From: the human T2T-CHM13v2.0 reference genome, Homo sapiens
Strand: one strand, 5' to 3'
NCBI RefSeq assembly: GCF_009914755.1
Contig: NC_060926.1
DNA length: 64,000 nucleotides
Shown: piece by piece, positions 1 to 19,520 of the stretch
Layout of the letters: every line of letters begins with the position of its first letter
How positions within the stretch are numbered: the first letter of the stretch is position 1
Made by a program: the position numbers and the translations under genes
The notes under the pieces: generated by a model
The model's input: only the letters and a program-made list of their open reading frames with translations
Database searches by the model: none
What the model was told of the DNA's origin: nothing

Positions 1-318
1 TCACTTGCAGAACTGGTTCAGATTACTTAAATACCAGATACATTTTTAGTCCTCTACATAAGTGTTTGGGAGTTACTTATGTTTATATGAAATGAAGCTA
101 TTAATACTTTTCTACAGCAGTACTGCACACCAGGAAGGCCAAGACAAACACAAATCAAGGAATGAAGTTTTCCCAAAGCTGCAGTGTGAAAAGACTATAA
201 ACAGTTGATTCCATACACATGAATGGGTTTCTTTGCTATAGGAAATCCAAGTGGAATAAGGAATGGAGATGTGTAAAAAGGTTTCTTGAAGGAAAGAAGG
301 ATGACACCCTGTATGGAT
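1..318 (-). other. YWHAQ: YWHAQ 3'UTR (partial; continues beyond the window start)
   Basis: Directly follows the stop codon. No AATAAA seen on the minus strand within 1-318. Confidence 0.92.
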
Positions 319-378
319 TTAGTTTTCAGCCCCTTCTGCCGCATCACATTCTTCTCCTGCACTGTCTGATGTCCAAAG
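319..378 (-). CDS. YWHAQ: 14-3-3 theta exon 6 coding part (LWTSDSAGEECDAAEGAEN*)
   Basis: Acceptor tttttctag|CTT and TAA at 321-319. Completes a 738-nt CDS with the theta-specific acidic tail. Confidence 0.99.
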   Translation of the reverse strand, partial: LWTSDSAGEECDAAEGAEN

Positions 379-658
379 CTAGAAAAAGAAGAATCATATT
401 AAGTTACTATTTCTAGATTAGGCAATTACACTAAGTAGTATTGTTATATCAAAATTAACTACAAGAGTAGTAAATTCCTCAAACAATGGAGATCTTGACT
501 AAGACTGAAGTTCTCTCTCAAAACCCCAAAGACCATCACCTTCCCAAAGTACATCCTTGCAGACCTTTCACTATGCACTTACAAAATGACATACATACAT
601 ACATACATATACCACTGGAGCATGGTTTTATAGCTTCCTTTTTATTTAAAAAGCATTT

Positions 659-962
659 GGCCAGGCACAGTGGCTCACGCCTGTAATCTCAGCACGTAGG
701 GAGGCCAAGATGAGAAGATCGCATGAGGCCAGGAGTTCAACAGCCTGGACAACATAGCAAGATCCCACGTCTACAAAAAATTTCAAAAACAAAATTGGCC
801 AGGTACGGGGTGGTGTGTGCCTATAGTCCTAACTACTCAGGAGGCTGAGGCAGGAGGACTGCTTGAATCCAGGAGGTTGAGGCTGGAGTGATCCATGATT
901 ATGACACTGCACTCCAGCCTAGGCAACAGGGTGAGATCCTGTCTCAAAAAAAAAAAAAAAAA
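659..962 (+). mobile_element. Alu (J-like), intron 5
   Basis: Dimeric Alu with poly-A tail. Confidence 0.92.
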
Positions 963-2427
963 GAGAAACTTTTTTAAAAAGGCACTCTACTTTCAGAATA
1001 AGCAAAGTGATAGTCTCTATTCCCAGCAGCCCAATGCTCTTCTTGAAAGCACTACTGCATTATTATTACAGACTAATAAAGCAAAACATTTTCACAGGGA
1101 GGAAAAAGCCACAATCATGGTTAACAATTTTCAAGTGTGTGAAGGGCTAAACTATAGGAAAAGCAGACTTACTTTGTGTTTCTCCAAGAATTAAATAGAA
1201 GTGGGTGATGGAAGCTACAGGGAAGCAATGTGTGCATGTATAGACAGGGTTCTTGAATTAGACAGAATGTTAAAACTAAGTGGATCTTCCAGGATCTCTC
1301 TGATTTTAGGATAGGAAGATGAAGTGAAGAAGAGAAGTCAGTATTTATTGACTATAATTGCACTTTATTAGACCAACAGCAAGACATTAGTGTTAATTTC
1401 AGAAAAGCCAGAATCTTACATAATCCTTAGATTATTATGAAGATACTAAATAAAAACAAACAAAACAAAATCCCCCAAAGACCTGTCTCCATAATAGAGA
1501 TGATAAAACAAAACCGATTAAAAGATAGTTAGCTCCAAGGTATACATCTGGGAAGAGGTATAACTGCCTAATTTGCTCTTCCTCTGTAGAACTATTTGCT
1601 GATCATCTTCCATTGTCCCCTCACAACCACAGGCACTTCTCATGGCTAGAAATGCAGGGTCTTCGTTCCCCTTTCAGTGGATTCATAATTACCCTATTCA
1701 GCAAAATTGAATAGACATGGTGCTAATATTTAAAAAATCCTATCTAGTAAATGATAAAGCACCAAACTAGGGGGCTGGGAGGACGAGATCTATATTAAAA
1801 GATTTGTTCCCTTCTTTTTCCTTCTGTGAAGTCTAAGATTTTACCTATCAAATTTACTTGAACCTACAAAAGAATGTTAAAGTAAAGCTTAAGCTGTACT
1901 TTTTCTTGATTACTTCCTTTATCAATTGCCTATCTAAGAAGCAGGGAGAAAAAGACAAACAAAACAGAAGCTTTTGCCTAGAAGCAGAGAAGGAGTAAGT
2001 TTAGGTATAGGTTTACTCCCTAAATGCTTGTAGAACATCATGCACAATTCACAAAGTAAACTTTTATTAGAACAAGGTACTTCCTGTGATTTTAAGAAAG
2101 CGTAGATATTTAGATAGTCCCTAACTGGCTATAGCTGATTTGCCCCAAAATATTGAAACTTGATAAGCTCTTTATTAACATAATTTATCAACATCTTCAT
2201 CCCAATGAAATAGTAATATTAATATTGAGTTCCTATCATGTTAGAACCTTCTCAGGAAGGTCTGATAAAATGCCTATTCAACTTGAAAACCTGCCTACAA
2301 AATAATGTTCGTCCCATAAAATACTAACACGTATCTCATACTTTCAGCTCGTATGTATCTTCCCTAAAAGACACGAAGTCCAAAATAAAATATAAATACT
2401 TTTGTTTCTGAAAAGAAAATAAAATTA

Positions 2428-2646
<219 letters not shown>

Positions 2647-3196
2647 CTACCATCAACAAACTCAACAGAACCATTCTCTCACACTCCCAGTTTAAGAACT
2701 TATGAGTATGACTGGAATTTTATAAAACTATACACTTAGTAAACAAGCATGTCTTGGTTCTTTCACAGGACAACGGAACAGCAGCAATGCTTAACAGACT
2801 TCTTTCCAGTTAAGTAGTACTTATCTCTACAGGGTCCTCTTTATTCTCTCGTTTTGAGCCACTTTGAGGAATGTGGCTGATGCACAGCTATTCTAGTAAC
2901 CAAACCTGGCAGGCATGACTTTCTAATCTTTTATGTTTCCTTCTTAACATCATTTATCCTTCTTTGATTACTCTGCTCAGTATGCTCTGTAGGCACATCA
3001 CTGCTTATAATCATAGGGTAGAGTAAGGTGTCAGGGGTAGGAGTAGGTAATCATGATGGGAAGAAAAAGAGGAGATTTCAAAATAAATATAGTAGAAATC
3101 ATCCCTGGGTATCCAAGTAAAATACCTATAAATTAACATACCTGGTATCTCAAATAACTGTAGCTAAAGTACGTATTTCCTGGACACACATCTTAC

Positions 3197-3360
3197 CGTT
3201 TTAGCCAGCGTGCAGGCAAGCTCTGGGTTATTAAGAATCTCATAGTAAAATACAGAAAAGTTAAGAGCAAGCCCCAGGCGGATTGGGTGTGTGGGTTGCA
3301 TCTCTTTCTTGCTTATATCAAATGCCTCTTGGTAAGCTCCTTGGGAATTATCTATCGTTT
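3197..3360 (-). CDS. YWHAQ: 14-3-3 theta exon 4 ([55 protein letters not shown])
   Basis: Absent from the ORF track; read by hand. Acceptor cttcacag|AAA and donor ACG|gtaaga. 164 nt restores phase 0. Contains the [16 protein letters not shown] motif. Confidence 0.99.
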
Positions 3361-3516
3361 CTGTGAAGAGCGAAAAATAAGAAGTGCAATATTAAAAATA
3401 ACCATCCAGTACACAGTACATTAACAACTTGAACATATGCTACTAGCTCTTGGTAGAACCAAGATTTTTTCTCTGTATGGGTCTTTTAAAATCATGGTAG
3501 CTAACAAAAAACATTA

Positions 3517-4637
<1,121 letters not shown>

Positions 4638-6423
4638 TTTGACTGGAATACCCTTTCCCTAAATAATGTAAACTTTACAAAGATCATCAACACCAAAATC
4701 TCTATTTTTCTGATTTGGAGAAATACTGATTCTTAGTATCAAGTGGTATTATTTGAAAGGCAATATAAAAGTTTCAATAAATAGGACAAAATCTGCTCTG
4801 ACCAGAGTTTGATTACTAGCCTAATTAAAATGTTACTCCCCCTTCAAAAAATGTTCAGTATTACCAACACTAATCTGATTATACCCATGTTTTGAAAAGG
4901 GTAGTTTTCTGTATGAGGCCACTGGCCTATTACAGCTTTAGAGATACTGACGTAAGAGAATTAAGCTATCCCTTTATGACCTGAATTATGTTCATTTTCT
5001 TTCCTCTGAAATGGCACATTTATTGATCTAATCCCTGACTGGTACAGCCCACATGCAATAAGAAGTTCTTGCAGCTTGGCAAATTAGGAAGCACCAGTGT
5101 CTCAGCAATTGGGCTATAAAGACAGCCTATCTATGAATCGCAGCCTATCAGAATGTACACAGGACTACGTGTGAGACCTGAAAGTGCCAATGAGCTCCTA
5201 AGGGTTAAATCAGGTTAAAGCTACAGCTATGTCTCAATCTCCCAAATACTTCTCTTTGGCTTTCTGATACTTAAATGTACAGTTCCGTGCCCGTATCATG
5301 TCCAATTCTGCTTACCTTCATGGCAACAGAAATTACACATCAGTAACAGAATAAGTAAGTTTAGTATATAGATTTTGTTATAGCAAGGTATAACAGTTTC
5401 TCAGGTACAAGTTCTCTTTATATATTCAGTTACACTGATATTTAGGATGGCAAAACTCTCATTTTCAGATCATAGTAACTATTTGTAGGGGTATATCTTT
5501 GTAGACAGGGCAAAATTAAGAACAAAACAACAAACTTACTGGAAAAAATAAGGACTGACACTTCTAATACCTAGAACTTGATAAATCTGGTAGCAAGCAC
5601 ATACACTAAATTTAATGAGATCTATCTTATATTCAGCTGCCAGTATCCCAAGAGACATTCACTGCAAATAAATTCACTTCACTTTTTTATTATCAAGTTA
5701 GGCAATTCGGTCACTTTTTCTCATATCCATGTTTTCTATGATAGTCTAGGTTAAAAAAAAAAGGTATTTAATACTAAAATCTATTTTTATGACCACTACT
5801 TGATTAATCAACAGTTCCTGTATATTCAACCTTCTCAAGTAAAACCTAACCATGAGTCATTCAAACTTACTGTGAAGTTGGAGCAAGTTATACACCAGCA
5901 ATAACACACTCATTTCACCTCTCCTCAGAAATCTGATTATATGTAATTAGCAGTCAATGTTATGACCCCTTAAAATAGACGATAATGAATATGACAAACA
6001 GCAAAAGCACAACAACCTGTTTCCACGTTCTGTATGTAATTTCCAGTGATCTGAAGTTTTAAGGCATAATAGAAAGGCCATGTGAAATGCAGAATCACTC
6101 ATAAAGTTTACACAAAAAACTCTGGAGCTAAAAATATGGTGAACCAAAATTCTAAAAAGCATAAAAGATTAATCCTGTTTTAAATAATACCATATGAGAT
6201 TACAGAGTTCACAGATGAGCTTAATTTTTTTAAAGAGCATGTGATGTAAATTTATAATCCAATTTTCATTTTTGAGAACATAAGGTAATACTAATTTTCT
6301 TGACATACATTCAATTATTAAGTCACAAAGAGCCTGAAGACTACGTATACTGTCATAGTGTCCCATTTATCCCCATTTCTTTTTTTTATATTCTACTTTT
6401 GCCCATATAACAAATAAACTTAC

Positions 6424-6547
6424 GTTTTCGATCATCACCACACGCAACTTCAGCAAGGTACCGGAAGTAATCACCCTTCATTTTCAGATAGAAGACCTTA
6501 CTCTCTGGATTAGTTGCATTGGCTATTAAATATTTATCCAACAATTC
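6424..6547 (-). CDS. YWHAQ: 14-3-3 theta exon 3 ([41 protein letters not shown])
   Basis: Acceptor tttcag|GAA and donor AAAC|gtaagt. 124 nt. Contains the [16 protein letters not shown] motif. Confidence 0.99.
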
Positions 6548-6829
6548 CTGAAATAAATAAGACAGAACATTAGGCACTAAACTTCTGCCTACTGTGCATT
6601 ATCATTAAATGATAAAACTTCTGCCTAGCGGGCATTTCAATCATTTACTACTACAGTAATACTATACCATACCAGCCTGGACTTGAAGCATGTTCTTAGA
6701 GCAGGGGTTAGGTTGTTGCCACTAGTTGCCCTGGGAGGCTTTAAATGATGTAGCCTATAGTTTCTAATGGTAAGGCTAGATTCTAGATTACACCAAACAT
6801 TGTAATTTGAAACAGCCTATCTGTTCACT

Positions 6830-7150
6830 CATCCATTCATTCAACATTTACTCATACCTGCTAGGTGCTATAACGGATATAGAGAAGACTTAAAATCAGG
6901 CCCCTGCCCTCAAGAAGCTCACCGTCTGTAAGTACACCAACTACATACCAAGAACTAAGAAAGATGTGAATACGGTGCTAAGGAAGCACACAGATGGAGT
7001 AGCTCTGCTGGAGATGGCCTCCAGTTAAGACAGGCTTCCCAGGGAAAGAGTATTTGAGGCATGAAGAAGGAAAAGTAGAAATGCACCAAACAGAAAACAG
7101 GGATGTGCACTCATTTTAGGGACGGGAAACAAAATGTTTAAAACATCAAG
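6830..7150. mobile_element. L2 3' fragment
   Basis: CATTCATTCAACATTTACT...CCCTGCCCTCAAGAAGCTCAC. Confidence 0.65.
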
Positions 7151-7475
7151 TACGAGGGAGAATAGTGCTACTCAGTGCCCTTTGCATTCAAGTATCCATC
7201 TAAAATGAGGTAAATACAGGAATCGAGAGTAAGAGGTTTAGAAACTTGCACAGCAATTTAAAAGAATAATTTTAGGTCTACGAAATCTAATTATTTTTTT
7301 AAAAAAGTTCTTGAGTATGTCTTTTGTCCCTAATTTCATACAAAGAAATTTTCACTTCTAGTACATGGTATGCTATGCCTTGGAGTATAAAAAGTCACAA
7401 AAGACAAATATGATAGAAATCTTCTTAGATTCCATTTTTCTTGATGCTAGGTCATCCATTTAAAAACCTTTTTAG

Positions 7476-7839
<364 letters not shown>

Positions 7840-8267
7840 CTAATACCTACTTCATTGGTTTGTTTTGAGAATAAAACCAGTAACAGATGTCAAAGCCTGG
7901 AATAGTGTCACATGTTAAGTACTCAGTAAATGTTAGCTAGTATCAGCCTAGGTACACAGTTTGAAAAGCACTGCTCTAGGAAAAGTGAAACTAGTGAACG
8001 TTTTAAAGCAGGGAAGAGAGAAGATCCTTTTTACATTTTGGAAAAATAACCACAGATACGCTCAGTTAATATTATATAAAATACCATCCATGATACCAAG
8101 TTGGCAAGTCTGGAGAATTAACAAGTAAGGTTGAGTCAAATTCACATAACTGCTAAAGAAAAGGAAGGCTGTTTATAAATTTAAAAATATACAATTCTAA
8201 CCAAGAACTTTCTTCTTGTTTATCTGACTAAAAGTGGTCTAACAAAATGCAATCACTGCATCCATGT

Positions 8268-8919
<652 letters not shown>

Positions 8920-8929
8920 TTAAATAGAT

Positions 8930-8943
8930 TAAAAAAAAAAAAA

Positions 8944-8979
<36 letters not shown>

Positions 8980-9046
8980 TTTTTTAAGGGCCTGAGGCCA
9001 GAGGAAGTTAAAACACACACACACACACACACACACACGCACGCAC
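8930..9046. repeat. Compound microsatellite (A)n(TA)n(CA)n plus a second (CA)n
   Basis: Read directly. Confidence 0.95.
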
Positions 9047-10460
9047 AAAAAATTAGTATAAAATTATGTATCGAAGTCTCAGAAGTTTATGCATTATAGA
9101 AGTCATGAGTATCAAAATTGTGGCTCAAGTTGGAAAGTTGCTGAGCCAGGAGTGTGGCAAAAGAGGTCATTAGGGCCACACCCAAACTAAAGGCAACTGT
9201 GACAAGTGCTGCTCCAGTATCACTACACTCTTAACTGTAAAAACAACAGACAAATCAGATTTTCAGAATTTATTGTGCTCAACATCACCAATATAATTTT
9301 AATAGTTTTTTAATAAACTGAGACACTCGAATCTTAAAAAATTATATTACTTTAACTTTTTCCTCTATTACCATTTTCATGTATTATGGATGACTTTCAA
9401 TTTAAAAACTATTTTTATGAACTGAATTTAGGGTTGTGGTGGAAGGAGGAGGGTAGGAGGCAATAGTGAGATAGTCACAAAAAAAGTTCTAGATCTCAAA
9501 CTGACTCAGTCATTGGTATCTTTAAATGAGTGGATTCTGAGAAGTAGTATCAAAGAAGGCAAACATAGTATTTATACCGAGAGAAATACCACCTCTGCCT
9601 GTACCCACACCAAGGAACTCTAATGTAAAGTAAGATGCCTCTCACTTTTCTTGTTCCTCCAAGTGAGTCAGTCAGTTACAATGAAATTCCACAGGATCTC
9701 CAAAAAGATGCCAGCTCTGGTGAAGATATTATTTATGGTCACAAAAAAAGCTACTCAGTACCTTTAACACCTAGTGCTCTGTTAACTGTGGTAGATTTGT
9801 AAGAGCAGGGGCTGAGAAAAGTCTGACTAGAACAATGGCTTAGGGTGAGGAGTAGGGAAGAGAGAAATTTCCATTCTAGCACTAGTCTCTCCTGAGTCAC
9901 TCATGCTAGATGTGTGGGTGTTCTCAAGGACTGTGGACAAAGGGCCTTCCAAGGATTCAGAAAGCTGCCAAACAGCTACTGCATTCATTACAACACAGCC
10001 ACTTATGAGCTAACCTCTTCTTTCTAAAATTATTAACTTTGACTACTAGTTTGCATATAACCATTACGTATGATTTACAGTGTTGGGCTTTTACAAAGTG
10101 ACTTGGGCATTACTTCCATCCTGGAGTTTCAGCCAGGTATCATGGTTCTTTGTCAGATGCCACTAGCTCTCTGTGAAGGAAACAACAGGTACAGAATAGT
10201 TCCGTCTTTCCATATACTATCAGTAGTAAAGATGTATACTTTAGCTCAACTAAAAGACATAATGGAGTCTGCTTCATGTCTTTCCCAAATAATCAAGTCT
10301 GTATCTGTATTATCAATACCAAATATTATTAATGCCAGATAGAATATAGCCTATAAATGTATAATATTTTAAAATTATTGTAAAAAACACGGATCAGAGA
10401 CCAAAAACCCCAAACTGACACATAACTCCCTGAAAGTCTTTCCCAGAAGTCAGGAGCGAG

Positions 10461-10757
<297 letters not shown>

Positions 10758-11740
10758 GTCACCAGACGGGAGTATAGTTAGATGTTCCCCCACTGATTTC
10801 TTCTGTACATTATTCTTATCAATTAAGCAGGAGCTCCCCCTTGTAAACTCGTTAGCAAATTTTATTATCTTGGGAGTTTTGGTGGGCTAAGACTGAAGGT
10901 CCCTCTGGTGCTGACAGTGTTACTTGACTGAGGGTAAAATGTGGATGGTAGTGTGTTCCTTTTTGAGAATTTGAGAACTAAGAGGTCAATGTACTACCCA
11001 CAATAAAAGATGAACTAGTAATTTGGAACACTCTAGACCAAAGAAACAAGGAAAGTGAAAGGAAAGAATGTAAGTTATTATAGAGGTTGCTTTAGGAAAT
11101 GCTAAAGGAACTCAGAATAAGTTTAATCTTAGAAAAATAGGATGGGAACAATAGACTATAACACAAAAGCTATAAAGAATAATATAAGAAATGAAACTGT
11201 TGAGAAATAATATTAATGCAAATTTAGAACAGTAACTATTCCTCCTTTCCCCCACCCCCATATCTTAGGAAAAAAAGGCTTCCAGAAGAACAACAAAACC
11301 CCCATACGATCTTCAAGAGTTAACTATTGTATAAAACAATCCTACCGTCACTTCAACCACTTTTTCAAAATAATTTATTTGGTTTCAGTGGCAAAATTCT
11401 GTAACACTCAACAAATTAATCTTTTAATTCTAAATTCATTTATAAGCGATTTCCATTTTACAGAGTAAATAAGCTACTCTATTGAAGAAAGAGTAGGTAA
11501 CTGTTATGAAAAGCCTTAAAATACACGCAAAATAACAGGAAGCAAAAAAATGTTCTAAGAAGTTTCATTTTCCTAATAGTTTACTGAGGTTCATTAGCAA
11601 ACACACTATTAACATGCTGAATCTCTAACTTTAGGATACACATATCAGTCATTATTTCTATATTATCAGTTAACCAGCATATTAATAGACCCTAAAATGG
11701 AGCATTTCTAAGAAAGATAAAGCCAAATCTAAGCTAGAGA

Positions 11741-11982
11741 TTTTTTTTTTTCCCCCTTGAGACCGAGTCTCACTCTGCCAACCTAGACTGAAGCGCAGTG
11801 GCTCAATCTCAGCTCACCTGCATCCTTCGCCTCCCGGTTCAAGCGATTCTTTGGCCTCAGCCTCCCCAAGTAACTGGGATAGGGTTTCACCATGGCTGGT
11901 CTCGAACTCCTGACCTCAAGGGATCCGCCCTCTTCAGTCTCCCAAAGTGCTAGGATTACAGGCCTGAGCCACGGTGCCCAGC
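11741..11982 (-). mobile_element. Alu lacking the central A-rich linker
   Basis: Junction ...TAACTGGGAT|AGGGTTTCACC... Confidence 0.9.
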
Positions 11983-12404
11983 TTAGAGATTTAATCAGTA
12001 AAACAAAAAAGGGACAGAGTAACTCTGTGTTATGTGTCAGAATATATGAGTTTTAGAAATTAGATTGTAATTTGTGGAACTTTTATACTATCGTTAGCTC
12101 TATAATCTTGTAGGAAATCACACCTTCTCAAGTGTCTGTCTCTGTAACTATGTGATGAGACTATTATGATCTAAAGGTCTCTGGTCTCAGAAACTACCAT
12201 TTTATGACTATACCTGTTAGAATTAAATCTCATAAAGGATTTGTTGCCTTAACCAAGGAGGCAGTGAATCACCTAAGACTTAATCCAAGTTGATCATATA
12301 ACATCAATTCATCTATGGAAATATTTTCGATCATTAATAAAATGAATGCATTAAACAGTCAAGTGTCCTTGTGTTATTTTTAAATGTTACTCTAAGAATT
12401 GTTG

Positions 12405-12707
12405 GGGCAGACACAGTGGCTCACGCCTATAATGCCAGCACTTTGGGAGGCCGGGGTGGGCGGATCACGAGGTCAGGAGTTCGAGACCACCCTGGCCAAC
12501 ACGGTGAAACCCCGTCGCTACTAAAAATACAAAAATTAGCCAGGCGTGGTGGCAGGCACCTGTAATCCCAGCTACTCGGGAGGCTGAGGCAGGAGAATCG
12601 CTTGAAACTGAAAGGCAGAGGGTTGCAGTGAGACAAGATCACCTGCCTGGGCAAAAGAGCGAAACTCCGTCTCAAAAAAAAAAAAAAAAAAGAAAAAGAA
12701 AAAAAAA
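12405..12707 (+). mobile_element. Alu
   Basis: Dimer with poly-A tail. Confidence 0.94.
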
Positions 12708-12818
12708 TTGTTAAGACTTAGAATCCAAGAATGATGAATCAACCCCATTCTGGTGCCCATGTTAAGTTCATTTTCAAAAAAATGAAGTATGGAATGAAGT
12801 AAAAATTTTCAGAGATAG

Positions 12819-13168
<350 letters not shown>

Positions 13169-13375
13169 AGAAGCAAACCTTATAACCAATGCGACTGATC
13201 CTATATGCTGTGGGATTTAGCGGACACCACACAGAAGACATCAGTCAAACTCAAGTTGCAAAGCCTAATCAGATCCTTACATCCTTGTATCCACAAGGTT
13301 AAAACTTTTCATTTAATCCTATACCAAATTCCAAACCTCTACAACCACATTTTAACAATGAGGTATACTGGAGTA

Positions 13376-13435
13376 GTAAAGTGACCATGTGACCTGGCTG
13401 CCCAGGACCATTCCAGTTTAAGCCCACTGTCCTAG
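13376..13435 (+). mobile_element. hAT-Blackjack MITE (MER94-like), left half
   Basis: GTGACCATGTGACCTGGCTGCCCAGGACCATTCCAGTTTAAGCCCACTGTCC resembles the MER94 5' half as recalled. Confidence 0.6.
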
Positions 13436-16120
<2,685 letters not shown>

Positions 16121-16123
<3 letters not shown>

Positions 16124-16189
16124 TATTAATGCTATTTATTTTCATTCTTAGAAATATCCCACTTTGGAAGACATTGTGTGGTCATCCTG
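16121..16189 (+). mobile_element. hAT-Blackjack MITE (MER94-like), right half
   Basis: AATTATTAAT...TTCATTCTTAGAAATATCCC...TGTGGTCATCCTG. The end is inverted relative to the left half (GTGACCA / TGGTCAT). Confidence 0.6.
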
Positions 16190-16216
16190 TAGATAAGACA
16201 TTAATATTATAATTCA

Positions 16217-16525
16217 GGCCGGTCATGGTGGCTCAAGCCTGTAATCCCAGCACTTTGGGAAGCCATGGTGGGTGGATCACCTGAAGTCAAGGGTTTGAGA
16301 CCAGCCTGGCCAACATGGTGAAACCCCGTCTCTACTAATAATACAAAAATTAGCTGGGTGTGGTGGCGCACGCCTGTAATCCCAGCTACTCGGGAGGCTG
16401 AGGCAGAACTGCTTGAACCCAGGAGGCAGAGGTTGCAGTGAGAGGTGAGCCAGGATTGCACCACTGCATTCCAGCCTGGACAACAAGAGTGAAACTCCAC
16501 CTCAAAAAAACAAACAAACAAAAAA
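16217..16525 (+). mobile_element. Alu
   Basis: TSD AATATTATAATTCA. Confidence 0.95.
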
Positions 16526-16665
16526 TATTATAATTCAAAATTATTACTTCAATACTTAAAAGGTAAAAAATGAATCATCCTGGTGTACCATTTAACGTTC
16601 ATATAAAAGGTAATAAAACTTCCTTAGGCATACACTGAGAACCACACACGTGATGCCATCCATAA

Positions 16666-16985
<320 letters not shown>

Positions 16986-17180
16986 GTTCTTAAGATTAAT
17001 AAAAACAAAAAGTTGTCTATATATCAAATGAACAGATACTAATTCAGACAACGAACCATAATATTAACCTCAGTAATGCCAAAAAATAAAGCAACTTTAG
17101 TAATGATACATTAGAGCTTTTAATTTGTAAATATCCTTTCCCTCCTCCTCTATTCACTTATCCTTTAATATAATAACTCC

Positions 17181-17472
17181 TGGCCAGGTGTGGTGGCTCA
17201 TGCCTAAAATTCCGGCACTTTGGGAGGCCAAGGAATGAGGATCACTTGTAGCCAGGAGTTCCAGATTAGTCTGGGCAGCTAAGCATGATCTTGTCTCTAC
17301 CAAAAATTAAAAAATTAGCCAGGCATGGTGCCTCATGCCTGTAAGTCCCAGCTACTTAGGAGGGTTGTTTGTACCCAGATGTTCAAGGCTGCAGTGACCT
17401 ATGATCACACCACTGCACTCCAGCCTGGGTGACAGAGCAAGACCCTGTCTCAATAAATAAATAAATAAAAAT
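17181..17472 (+). mobile_element. Alu (J-like)
   Basis: Diverged dimer with (TAAA)n tail. Confidence 0.9.
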
Positions 17473-17547
17473 AAGTCCTTTAATAACATTTTATGCCTCC
17501 TTAACTAAGTTAAAATGAAACTAGTAGCTAATAATACACCTACGCAC

Positions 17548-17866
17548 ATTTTTTTTTTAAACAGCTACTCCTGAGTAGCTAGGAGTACAGGTGAGTCCCA
17601 CCACCCAGCTGTCTCCCCCAGCCTGGAACGGAGTGCAGTGCAGTGATCACAGCTTACTGCATCCTTGAACTCCTGGACTCAAGGGATCCTCCCACCTTAG
17701 CCCTACTATAGGCACAGGCTACCACGCCCAGCTAATTGTTTTTATATTTTGGAGAGACAGGGTCTCATCATCTTGCACAGACTGGTAACTCCTAGGCTCA
17801 AGTGGTCCTCCTGCCTCAGCCTCCCAAAATGCTGGGATTACAGGTGTGAACCACCATGCCTAATTT

Positions 17867-17915
<49 letters not shown>

Positions 17916-18030
17916 GGGACACAGTCTTGCTATGTTGCCTAGGCTGGTCTTGAACTTCTGGCCTCAAGTGATCCTCCTGCTTCGGCCTCCCCAAGTGTTG
18001 AACTTACAGGCATGAGCCACCTCACCTGAC
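17548..18030 (-). mobile_element. Composite, rearranged AluJ-like element with an (A)n(TA)n tract
   Basis: Right-arm pieces followed by two left-arm-like monomers. Confidence 0.8.
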
Positions 18031-18279
18031 TGAGGAACACTTTTAAAATGTACATTTATCTCCTAAGGTATAAGGAACAAAGTAATTTTTAATAAAACAG
18101 TATTTTCAATAGGTAAACATTCATATAGCTAAAGTATAAACACAACGTAGTCAGATATCTGCCTCTAAGAATCAACAACAACAAACAACCTTCAAATACA
18201 GACTTACAATCCGTTCAAATATCATGAATGGCCTGACCAGTCAAGTTACAAGCAAAACAAAGTACAATTCTCCCTTGAA

Positions 18280-18945
<666 letters not shown>

Positions 18946-19520
18946 CCCATAAACTAAAACTTTGTCTTTAAATGTAAAGCCAAATTAGGCTTTGGCCTCA
19001 GATAGCTCCTCTAAGTTTTTTACCTAACTGAAAGAACAGCTGGACAATTCCTTACACAGGCCTGGGCTCCTATGTGTTAAAGGATGTGTAGCACCACTGA
19101 CCTCTGTCCAAAGTCAGTGCTACGCTCCCCACCTGAGCAGAAACACTGAGAGAACGGGTATATACAAGTGCTATGGGAGCTCAAAATAAAAAATAATTAT
19201 TTAATTATGGAGTTAGAAGAATTTTTCTTAAGGTAACAAACGAGAGACAGAAAATACGGGGGGAAAAGGTATTCCAAGGCGAAGACTGGCATTTGAAAAG
19301 GTTTATCTGCACTAAGATGTAGAAAGTCACTGAAGGTGACTTTCTTTATAAAAGAAAGAAATTTCAATCACAAAGAGAACTAAAGACACCAATATTTCAC
19401 AGTATTCACTATGAATTATATTTGACTGACTCAGTGGAATAAGCACTGGGCCAGTAATTTGGTTTTAGAGTATGAGTTTAGATCAAGTTCCTCAGTTTCA
19501 TCTCCTCTTCTACAAAACAC

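Noticed and set aside
19321-19345. Perfect hairpin AGAAAGTCAC-TGAAG-GTGACTTTCT
   Set aside because: A 10-bp stem is too short for a pre-miRNA and is plausible by chance in 64 kb.
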